NCBI RefSeq assembly: GCF_000017945.1
Contig: NC_009776.1
Location: 420,001-452,000 of the forward strand
Origin: Ignicoccus hospitalis KIN4/I
Lineage (GTDB): Archaea > Thermoproteota > Thermoprotei_A > Sulfolobales > Ignicoccaceae
Direction: 5' to 3'
Length of the DNA: 32,000 nt
Under the pieces are notes generated by a model that was not told the origin of the DNA, did not search any database, and saw only the letters and a program-made list of their open reading frames with translations. Shown here in pieces: positions 7,622 through 14,882 of the stretch. A program made the translations under genes and the position numbers. How positions within the stretch are numbered: position 1 is the first letter of the stretch; every line of letters starts with the position of its first letter.

Positions 7622-10473
7622 TCTATCACCACCGTTTTGGACCTCCTCCTTTTAATTAAGAGGAGCAAAATTATTGGCACCACCAAGGCGAGGGCCATCG
7701 CCTCCGGCCCCAAGCTCTCGGCAGATAGCTTGACTCTCGGCTTAACTATCACGCTGGCTGAGAACACCTTCTCGTACTTCTCGCCTTGGAAGAGGTAGGA
7801 GACCTTCAGGGTAACCGGCACCGTCCCGGGCTCCGCCTCCGCGGGGACCTCGAAGGGGAACACCGCGGGCACGTCCGCCCCGGGGGAGAGCCTCGGGAGG
7901 AAGAGGGTCTTCTTGGTGAACCTTATCCCCTTCGCCTCCACAGATATCTTGACGTCGGCCGCGCTCTGGTCTCCCACGTTGGCCAGCGAGAAGCCCAGTA
8001 TTCCGGAGGAGCCTGGGGAGAGCTCCTCCGGGAAGGTGGCGGCGTCGTGAACTTTGAGCACGGGGCCGGTCGCCACGCTTATCTTGTAGTTAAACGTGTC
8101 GCTGACGTTTCCGTACCTCACCCTCACAGTTATTGAGTACGTCCCGGGGTAGTTGGGGGAACAAGGCACCTCCACCAAGGCCCTCTGGCCCGGGGCTAGC
8201 TCCTTGATGAAGAAGGAACTCTTGGAGAGGGGTAAGCCGGAGGAGTAGACGTAGAGCTCCACCCCCTTCGCCGGGACCTCGCCGTCGTTAAATACCTCGA
8301 ACCTTAGAACGGACTTTCCTGTCTTGAGTATGGTAGTTAGCATGTTTACCGCTACGTGCGGGGAAGGCTTGGGAACCACCTTGAACTTCTTGGTAAAGGA
8401 GGCTGAGTAGGAGCTCCCCCAAGGGTCCGTGTAGCGGGCCTCCAGCTTCAGTTCCGCCTCCTCAGCCCTCTCCGGTGGGGTTACAAAGAGCTTTAAGGTA
8501 ACCTTCTTGCCCGGCGGTATATCTCCCAGCATGAAGTAGCTCGGCGTTACGTCCGAGTCCCCTGAGGAGGCCGAGAGGGTGACGGACCTCGCCTCGTCGC
8601 CCCCGGAGTTGGCGAGCTCCACGTAGACCGCGTTGGACTTCCCGCCCCTTAGCTTCTCGCCCTTTACGGCTATTACTAAGTTCGGGGGGACGTAGTTCCT
8701 AACCGGCACCTCGAACTCCTTCTTCAATTGGGACGGTAGGCAAGTGCCTCCCAAGGGGCCGGAGCAGTAGCTCAAGGCCGCGTTCAACTTAACAGACTTG
8801 GCGTCCTTGGGTACGAAGAACGTAGCGTTTATAACCTTGCTAGAGTCTGGAGGCATATCGCCTAAGTACACGTAACTGGGGTAGAGCAAGTAGGGCGAGG
8901 AGAGGCTGAGCCCCGCCCCCTTCGCGTAGCCCCTCCCGACGTTCTTGACCCTTATCGTAACTACGTCCTTTCCAACGCCCAAGCTCTTGGTTTCCAGCTC
9001 GATGGCCGGGACCGCCACCTCCGGGTTGGGCTTGACCTCTAGCTCTTCCTCCCTCTCCAAGCTGTAGGAGCCCGCAACTATCTTCACCTTGGCCTTGAGT
9101 GATTCCACCTCCCAAGGGACCGCGACCAAGCCTTCCAGGCAAACCCTCTGCGAGGGGGCGACCTCGTCGAAGGTAGCTACGCTCGACCAGTTGCTGACTT
9201 CGACTTTCACGATCACGTCCTTTACTGCCTTGTTCCACGCGTTCTCCACGCACATCCTCTCCCGGACCACGCTCCCCTCCACGACGCTCCGGGGCTCGAA
9301 GGTTACCGTAAACTCCGGGTTGAACGGTTTAACGTTGAAATTATATGCAAACGTCTTCCCAAACATCTTTACTTTCAAGATAGCTTCTTTTGCTGAGGTG
9401 GGGAGGGACCACACGAAGGCGCCTCCGGGCAAGGGCAAGGTCGGGGGGTCAACGGCCCCGGGGCTGGGCTCGAGCGTTACAGCGCCCTTCACCGGGAGGG
9501 GGCAGTTGACCTTAACCTCCACCGCGTTGTCCACTCCGGCCCACAGCTCCGTCGCGTTGAAGCTTACGTCACAGTAGCTCATAGCGACGCTGTCATTCAG
9601 AACTAGGTTACCGGCCTTGGCTACTGCGCTCAACGTAAAGGGCAGGGAGGAGGGCGTAACTGTGTAGTTGAGCGTCGTGCACCCCTTCAGCTCCAGCTTG
9701 AAGGAGTCCGGCTCGGGGGCGGCATTACGGGAGAACAACCTAATTACGAATTGTTGTTTCCTAGGGAAGCATACTTCTATTACCTTTCCTAACTTGAACG
9801 TTACGCGGGGGTCCGGGTTAACTATCATCAAGCCCTTCCCTTCGAGCTCCGCCTTCCCGTAGCGGGCCTTGTACTCGACCTCGTACTTCCCCGGAGAGGT
9901 GGGCGGGACCTCGGCCTTCGCTGCTCCCTCCCCTCCCGGGGGGACCTCCAAGGGGAGCGTCGCGAAGAAGGGCTTGGTGATTACTATATTGCCCTTAAAG
10001 GGCGCCTCTCCGACGTTCCTGAACTTCAGGGTCACGTTGCCGCCTACTTCCGACACCTCCACGGGTTCCATGACTAGCTGGGGGGAGCGGACGAAGAGCG
10101 TTAAGGAGCCCGAGGTCGCTCCGAGGGCCTTGGAGTTCCCCAACGCGTAGGCCGCGCTGGCAACGAAGCTTAACCTAATTACTTCTTTCAACGGGAGGAC
10201 GTTCAGTATGACCTCCTTGCACTGCCTCGGTCTCAAGTCTCCTACGGAGAAGGTCGAGGGGGTGACTGCGGCGTCCTCCGTGGCGAGCTGGAACGTTGCA
10301 TAAGAGATCAAGGTGACGGAGGGGTTGCAGACCTTGAGCCTCACGGATCCTAAGTGGCCGAGGGTCAAGTTCGCCCGTTCGGGGACCAAGTAGACCGGCG
10401 AGGGCGGCAGCGGCTTCTGTTCGGCCGCCCACACAAGCGCCAACGTCACCAAGATAGCCAGAGCCCTCTTCAA
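7618..10473 (-). CDS. Large secreted, C-terminally membrane-anchored cell-surface protein with CARDB / S-layer-like (COG1361-type) Ig-fold repeats
   Basis: 951 aa with a signal peptide (KRALAILVTLALVWAAE). At least five repeats carry the CARDB-like N-x-G-x3-A motif: FRNVGEAPFKG, VKNVGRGYAKG, LANSGGDEARS, VFNDGEVPAKG, LANVGDQSAAD. There are many N-x-S/T sequons. The C-terminal TM helix plus basic tail is ALALVVPIILLLLIKRRRSK. TTG start. Confidence 0.8.
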   Translation of the reverse strand: MKRALAILVTLALVWAAEQKPLPPSPVYLVPERANLTLGHLGSVRLKVCNPSVTLISYATFQLATEDAAVTPSTFSVGDLRPRQCKEVILNVLPLKEVIRLSFVASAAYALGNSKALGATSGSLTLFVRSPQLVMEPVEVSEVGGNVTLKFRNVGEAPFKGNIVITKPFFATLPLEVPPGGEGAAKAEVPPTSPGKYEVEYKARYGKAELEGKGLMIVNPDPRVTFKLGKVIEVCFPRKQQFVIRLFSRNAAPEPDSFKLELKGCTTLNYTVTPSSLPFTLSAVAKAGNLVLNDSVAMSYCDVSFNATELWAGVDNAVEVKVNCPLPVKGAVTLEPSPGAVDPPTLPLPGGAFVWSLPTSAKEAILKVKMFGKTFAYNFNVKPFNPEFTVTFEPRSVVEGSVVRERMCVENAWNKAVKDVIVKVEVSNWSSVATFDEVAPSQRVCLEGLVAVPWEVESLKAKVKIVAGSYSLEREEELEVKPNPEVAVPAIELETKSLGVGKDVVTIRVKNVGRGYAKGAGLSLSSPYLLYPSYVYLGDMPPDSSKVINATFFVPKDAKSVKLNAALSYCSGPLGGTCLPSQLKKEFEVPVRNYVPPNLVIAVKGEKLRGGKSNAVYVELANSGGDEARSVTLSASSGDSDVTPSYFMLGDIPPGKKVTLKLFVTPPERAEEAELKLEARYTDPWGSSYSASFTKKFKVVPKPSPHVAVNMLTTILKTGKSVLRFEVFNDGEVPAKGVELYVYSSGLPLSKSSFFIKELAPGQRALVEVPCSPNYPGTYSITVRVRYGNVSDTFNYKISVATGPVLKVHDAATFPEELSPGSSGILGFSLANVGDQSAADVKISVEAKGIRFTKKTLFLPRLSPGADVPAVFPFEVPAEAEPGTVPVTLKVSYLFQGEKYEKVFSASVIVKPRVKLSAESLGPEAMALALVVPIILLLLIKRRRSKTVVIE

Positions 10474-10536
10474 GGCATAAGGCCCGGGACAGAGTCATAG
10501 AGGGGAATTAGAGCGTTCGCCGCAGAGTGTAGGGCC

Positions 10537-11124
10537 TTGAGGAGGGCGAGGAGCGAGAGGTTGGCGGAGGAGGTGCTCCGATCCATGGGCTTCGAGGTGG
10601 TGAGCGTCAACGCGCCGGTAAAGGTCGGGGACAAAGAGGTGGCGGAGGTGGACTTGTTGGTCAAGCCCCCTCCCGGGCCCCTCGCGGTAGAGGTCAAGTC
10701 CGGAAAAGTGGACGTGAGCGCCGTCAGACAAGCGTACGCCAACGCGAAGGCCATAGGGGCGGAGCCTATGGTCATGGGCTCGGGGTGGGCCAACGAAGAA
10801 GCCAAGCTATTGGCAGACAAGTTGGGCGTCAAGTACCTCATGTTCGAGGACGTGATGGTAGCTAGCAAGGAAGAGCTCTACGACGTAGTCAAGGGGGCGG
10901 TCACAGAGGTTTTAGTGAGGTTCATAAACTCCTTGTACCCGGACGAACGCGCGTGCGTCATAGCGGAAGCGGGAAGCTTGGAGGAGGCAGAAAAAGCGTT
11001 GGGTAAGGAGGAGTTAAGGAAATTATTAAAGAGAATGGGCAGAGCGGGCGGCTCGGAGGCCGTGCTCGCCGCGGCGAGGCTCTCGTGTCTGTTGTGGAAG
11101 CTCTTGAAGGGGGTGAAAGGTTGA
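10537..11124 (+). CDS. PD-(D/E)xK endonuclease-fold protein (Mrr-catalytic / archaeal Hjc-like core) with ~90-aa helical C-terminal extension
   Basis: Motif order and spacing match the restriction-endonuclease fold: SERLAEEVLRSMGFEVV (Glu), then EVDLLV (Asp), then VEVKSGK (Glu-x-Lys). This is followed by AKAIGAEPMVM...ADKLGVKYLMFED, as in Mrr_cat domains. The antisense ORF 10470-10868 is low-complexity and is rejected. Confidence 0.6.
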   Translation: MRRARSERLAEEVLRSMGFEVVSVNAPVKVGDKEVAEVDLLVKPPPGPLAVEVKSGKVDVSAVRQAYANAKAIGAEPMVMGSGWANEEAKLLADKLGVKYLMFEDVMVASKEELYDVVKGAVTEVLVRFINSLYPDERACVIAEAGSLEEAEKALGKEELRKLLKRMGRAGGSEAVLAAARLSCLLWKLLKGVKG

Positions 11125-12308
11125 CATGCCGAACGCTCGTGACCCACGTGGAGCCGGACGTGGGAGGGACCTCGGTGTACGCGCTAGTTGGCGCCAAGGG
11201 GCAGTGTTCTGAGGTCCGGGCCCCCAAGATCTTGAGGGACGTCGTGAGCAGGGCGAAGACCTACAAAATTCAGGTTATCAAGAAAATAAAGAACGCCCCG
11301 AAGAAGGTGACGTACGAGGACGGGTACTTGAAGTTCCTCTGTGAAAAGGAATGTTCCTTCGTCGTTAAGGCGTGGGCCCTCACGGGCGTTCCAGTAACCC
11401 CATTCGTTACTGACGTAGATATCGTTACCAATATGAAAAACGTGTTTACGTTTAATATAAAGGCGACCAAGGTGAGGGAGAGAGGAGGGGTGCTGGGCCT
11501 CCAGAACTTGGGCTCCGCCGTAGCGATAGACGTACGCACCTTTGACCCTTTGTCCAACTTCAAGGCTCTCTTAGTGGAACCCTTGTCCGCCCCGCGCCGC
11601 TCCTTCTACGCTTACTTCCCCGACGGGAGCCTCTACTTGGTGGGCCCGGACGTCAAGGAAAGAATAGCCGTCGTGAGGGACTTGATGGACGTGGTTTCGT
11701 TTCCCTACGGTTACTTGACTTCTATAATAAGGAAGGACAAAGTAGACGTGATCTCTAAGAGGAAGGGAACGTGGACCATTTTGAAGAGGGTCGAAGGAGC
11801 TGCCAAGAGTGCGGAGTGGTGCTTGGTTGACTCAACTCCCGCTCTAGCAATTTACTACGAGGACCACATATCGCTCGTCACCCTCCGGGAGGAGATAATA
11901 AACATAGCCGTAGAGGGGTGGAGGGCCGCCTCCTTGTCCCCGAACGCGGAGCTGTTGCTCTTGTCCACGGGAGAGGGCGTGAAGTTAATAGACTTAAACA
12001 GCGGGGAGAAGTTAAAGGAGTTCAAGCTAAAGGGGGTGGAGCTGATCTCTTGGTCGCCCTACTCCGACTTCGCCGCGCTGTGCTCCAAGGAGGCGTGTTG
12101 GATATATTCAAACTTGAGCAAGGAGATAGCTACAGTTAGGAAAGTAAGCAACGCAACCTCCGTCTGGTGGAGCCCTTCTACGTATAACTTGTACGTGGCG
12201 AGGGGGAACAAGCTGGAGATAACATTCTTCGACCCGCCCGGGGTCAAGGCCACGCTCTTAGTAGCTCGTCGCCCCATTCTTCGAGAAACTTCCCGAGAGC
12301 GTACTTGA
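11085..12308 (+). CDS. Hypothetical protein, C-terminal half WD40/beta-propeller-like
   Basis: 407-aa ORF. The C-terminal part has propeller-blade-like units: AASLSPNAELLLLSTGEGVKLIDLNSGEKL, ELISWSPYSDFAALCSKEACWIY, SVWWSPSTYNLYVARGNKLEI. It is visibly more AT-rich than its neighbours (e.g. 11261-11480). The start is uncertain (GTG 11085, TTG 11121). Its 3' end overlaps the convergent gene by 65 nt. Confidence 0.55.
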   Translation: MSVVEALEGGERLTCRTLVTHVEPDVGGTSVYALVGAKGQCSEVRAPKILRDVVSRAKTYKIQVIKKIKNAPKKVTYEDGYLKFLCEKECSFVVKAWALTGVPVTPFVTDVDIVTNMKNVFTFNIKATKVRERGGVLGLQNLGSAVAIDVRTFDPLSNFKALLVEPLSAPRRSFYAYFPDGSLYLVGPDVKERIAVVRDLMDVVSFPYGYLTSIIRKDKVDVISKRKGTWTILKRVEGAAKSAEWCLVDSTPALAIYYEDHISLVTLREEIINIAVEGWRAASLSPNAELLLLSTGEGVKLIDLNSGEKLKEFKLKGVELISWSPYSDFAALCSKEACWIYSNLSKEIATVRKVSNATSVWWSPSTYNLYVARGNKLEITFFDPPGVKATLLVARRPILRETSRERT

Positions 12309-13002
12309 CGTCCGTCATCCCCTCGCCTTCGTAGCTCTTAGCTATAGCTAAGGCCTTCTCTAAGGCTTCGTCTATCTTGCCCTCCCTCACCATCTCGATT
12401 ATGTCCCTCTGCAACATCACGTACCAGTAGAGCCCGAACCTCCTCTTGGGGTCGTCTATGAGTTCCTTGAGCTCTCGCTTGAACCTCCTGGCAAACTCGT
12501 TTATCCTCTTGAAGAATTCGTTGCTCTTCAAGCACCTCTCAATTAGTGCGAGCGCCACGTGAGCGGCGACGCCGGAGGCCCCCTCGCTGGTCACCGCTAT
12601 CCTTATCCCGTCCACCTCCGCCTCGAAGGGCACGTGGACGTCGCTGCGGGAGGCCTCGGTGGCGTCGTTGACCAGTTTCCCCATCTCCTTAGCAATTCTA
12701 AATATCTTGTCGTTCACCTCTTTATTGTTTGTCGCTATTACAACTATGTCGGCGTCCTCAATGAGCTTCCTTATTTCATCTTCCCTCTCTAGGTCGGACT
12801 TAACCAGTTCTACGTTCAAATAATAAAGGTCCTCACTGAACTCCTTAGCGACGACCCTCACCCGCGCTCCCGCGTTGGCAAACTTCTGCGCCCTCCTGGT
12901 GCCCACCTTGCCCCCTCCGAACACGACTACAGTGAGCTTCGAGGCCTCGACGTACAGCGGCACGCGCATCCTTTCATCAATAGCCTCTGGCCTCGCGCGC
13001 AA
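12244..13002 (-). CDS. Precorrin-2 dehydrogenase / sirohydrochlorin ferrochelatase (siroheme synthase N-terminal domain family, SirC/Met8-like)
   Basis: Rossmann motif VVVFGGGKVGTRRAQKFANAGARVRVVA near the N-terminus, plus family length and architecture. ATG at 12969 (MRVPLYVE...) is a likelier start than 13002, given the AT-rich box at about 13003-13012. Confidence 0.8.
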   Translation of the reverse strand: MRARPEAIDERMRVPLYVEASKLTVVVFGGGKVGTRRAQKFANAGARVRVVAKEFSEDLYYLNVELVKSDLEREDEIRKLIEDADIVVIATNNKEVNDKIFRIAKEMGKLVNDATEASRSDVHVPFEAEVDGIRIAVTSEGASGVAAHVALALIERCLKSNEFFKRINEFARRFKRELKELIDDPKRRFGLYWYVMLQRDIIEMVREGKIDEALEKALAIAKSYEGEGMTDVKYALGKFLEEWGDELLRAWP

Positions 13003-13099
13003 ATTTAACGTGTTCCTCTGATGTATCCGGGCTATTGCCGAACAGAGCGTTAGACACCGACCTTTAAGGGGCGGCTCGAATTAACGCTCGGGGTCTAAC

Positions 13100-13189
13100 G
13101 TGCAGACCGCAGTTCAACTCCCCAAGCCCAAGCCCTCCGAGGAGGAGCTCGAGCTCTACCTCGCGGAGGCGGCCTTGAGCTATAGGTGA
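13100..13189 (+). CDS. Possible 29-aa small ORF upstream of kptA (speculative)
   Basis: GTG-initiated frame reading (M)QTAVQLPKPKPSEEELELYLAEAALSYR-stop. It lies in the only long (211 nt) spacer of the window and ends 24 nt before kptA. No homology was recognised. Confidence 0.2.
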   Translation: MQTAVQLPKPKPSEEELELYLAEAALSYR

Positions 13190-13213
13190 AGTCGTCCCCG
13201 AGGGTCAGAGAGT

Positions 13214-13750
13214 TTGTTGGACGACAAGACGAGGGTTAAGCTCAGCAAGAAGATGACCTACCTCTTGAGGCACAAGGAGGGCTTCGTGGACCCGGAGGGG
13301 TGGGCCAGCCTGGACTCCCTCGTACGCGAGTTGAGGAAGTTTTTCCCGTGGGTCTCGAAGGAACACGTGCTAGAGGTCATTTCCAAGGACGACAAGGGGC
13401 GATACGAGCTGAGGGGCGACAAGGTGAGGGCGAGGTACGGACACACGGTGAAGTACGTCAGGCCGACCTTGGAGGAGTCCTACGAAACACTACTCTACCA
13501 CGGAACCTCTTGCGAGGCCGCGAGGGCCATACTCAAGGAGGGCATAAAACCTATGAAGAGGAACTTCGTCCACCTCACCACCAGCTTAGAGGAGGCTATA
13601 GAGAACGCGAGGAGGAAGGGTAAGTGCATAAAGGTCTTGATTGTGGACGGGGAGTGCTTGAGGAAGAGAGGAATAAAAATCTACAAGGCAGGGAAGCACG
13701 TAAGGGTGTGCAGCTACGTCCCGCCCGAGTGCGTGGTGGGAGAGGCTTGA
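13214..13750 (+). CDS. kptA: RNA 2'-phosphotransferase (Tpt1/KptA family)
   Basis: Family motifs: LSKKMTYLLRH, RARYGHTV, LYHGTS, FVHLT. The C-terminus YVPPECV is typical and 178 aa is the usual length. TTG start. Confidence 0.9.
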   Translation: MLDDKTRVKLSKKMTYLLRHKEGFVDPEGWASLDSLVRELRKFFPWVSKEHVLEVISKDDKGRYELRGDKVRARYGHTVKYVRPTLEESYETLLYHGTSCEAARAILKEGIKPMKRNFVHLTTSLEEAIENARRKGKCIKVLIVDGECLRKRGIKIYKAGKHVRVCSYVPPECVVGEA

Positions 13751-13796
13751 GCGCCTCCCCTACGACTGGCTGAAGGACAGGGAACCCTTCTCAAAC

Positions 13797-14285
13797 TTGA
13801 GGGTTGAGGGGCCCGTAATAGTTAGGATGGACGGCGTTAGCTTCGGGAAGTACTCCAAGCTGTTGGGCAAGCATAGAGACGAAAGGCTTCACAACGCCTT
13901 GGTCTCGTCCGCCAAGGAGTTGGTGGAGTACTACTCTTGCGACTCCGCTTACGTCTCCAGCGACGAGGTGAGCGTCTACTGCAAGCTCCCTCCCTTCGGG
14001 GGGAGGGTGGAGAAGCTGGTCTCCGTGTTCTCCTCCTTCTTGGGTTCCCACTTCTCCGTGAAGGTGAGTCCCCTCCCGCCGGGGTGGTTCGACGGCCGCG
14101 TGGTCTTGGCGGGCGACTGGAAGGCCTACGTTATGTGGAGGCTTAAGGTGACCGTGTGCAACTACGCCTCCTCCGTCGCGAGGAAGCCTTGTTCCCAAGC
14201 CTTGAAGGAGGTCCGCTTGCCCCCGGAGGCCTTCGGCACCCTCTTGGAGAGGGTCGAGGTGCTGAAGAAAGGCTACACCCGCTGA
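13797..14285 (+). CDS. thg1: tRNA(His) guanylyltransferase-like protein (Thg1/TLP family), unusually short
   Basis: Palm-domain motifs: PVIVRMDGVSF (metal Asp), VSSDEVSVY (Asp-Glu pair), GGRVEKLVSVFSSFLGSHF, FDGRVVL, YVMWRLKVTVCNY. Homology appears to extend upstream of the TTG start and, in the -1 frame, beyond the stop (see finding). Confidence 0.85.
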   Translation: MRVEGPVIVRMDGVSFGKYSKLLGKHRDERLHNALVSSAKELVEYYSCDSAYVSSDEVSVYCKLPPFGGRVEKLVSVFSSFLGSHFSVKVSPLPPGWFDGRVVLAGDWKAYVMWRLKVTVCNYASSVARKPCSQALKEVRLPPEAFGTLLERVEVLKKGYTR

Positions 14286-14360
14286 CGGGGGAGGAGGTCA
14301 CCGTAACTAGGAGGGTACTCAAGGAGTTCCGGGGGGAAGGGGTGTTGAGGCGCTTGGGCC

Positions 14361-14834
14361 TCACTCCTTCCTGAGCACCGCCACGTCGCCCAAGGTGAGC
14401 TCCGCGGGGCCTTGGAACTTGGGGGCCTCGCTCTCCTCGTACTCTACCTTCTTCACCAGCTCCACCCCCAGCACCCTCTCCAGCTTCCTCGCGAGCTCCA
14501 AGTCCGGCTCCAAGCGCCCTAGTTCTATCCTCTTGATCACGGTCTCGTGCTCCCCGACCTTCATGCCCAGCTCCCTCCTGCTCAGCCCCAAGCGCTCCCT
14601 AGCCTTCCGAACCCTCTCGGCGTAGTCCTCCACCACTACGTACTCAACGACCTTCTTGGTCTTGGGTTTCGGAGCGGCCTTCCGCTCCTTCTTGGGGAGA
14701 GGAGCGACCTTGGCCTTGACGGAGCGGAAGCAAGACTCGCAGAGCACCATTTCCGCGCCCTCTATGTAGACCCGGTACGCCTTGCCGTAGATGGGCCTCC
14801 CGCACATCTCACAATATAGGACGTTGCCCTTCAT
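14361..14834 (-). CDS. mbf1: Multiprotein bridging factor 1 (archaeal MBF1: Zn-ribbon + Xre-type HTH)
   Basis: N-terminal CEMCGRPI...CESC zinc ribbon, a Lys-rich linker, then the HTH LGLSRRELGMKVGEHETVIKRIELG. 157 aa. Confidence 0.9.
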   Translation of the reverse strand: MKGNVLYCEMCGRPIYGKAYRVYIEGAEMVLCESCFRSVKAKVAPLPKKERKAAPKPKTKKVVEYVVVEDYAERVRKARERLGLSRRELGMKVGEHETVIKRIELGRLEPDLELARKLERVLGVELVKKVEYEESEAPKFQGPAELTLGDVAVLRKE

Positions 14835-14863
14835 GAGGTTCGTGACCCTTCTAGCCTTCTCCT

Positions 14864-14882
14864 AAACTTAGATTTTAAGTTT
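14864..14882 (-). promoter_or_regulatory. Inverted repeat overlapping a TATA-like box upstream of mbf1, immediately after the radical-SAM stop
   Basis: aaactta-gattt-taagttt is a 7-bp inverted repeat with a 5-nt spacer. On the minus strand it reads cttaaaatc, about 40 nt upstream of the mbf1 ATG (14834). Confidence 0.35.

Noticed and set aside
10470-10868. 132-aa minus-strand ORF opposite the PD-(D/E)xK nuclease gene
   Set aside because: It is Ser/Thr/Ala/Leu-rich with no motif. The plus frame has the ordered nuclease catalytic motifs.
13003-13213. Possible tRNA or C/D-box sRNA in the long spacer (TTCAA-like and CTGATG strings)
   Set aside because: No cloverleaf could be drawn (no acceptor/T-arm pairing). 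No properly spaced C/D/C'/D' boxes are present. It is kept only as a generic structured-leader observation.
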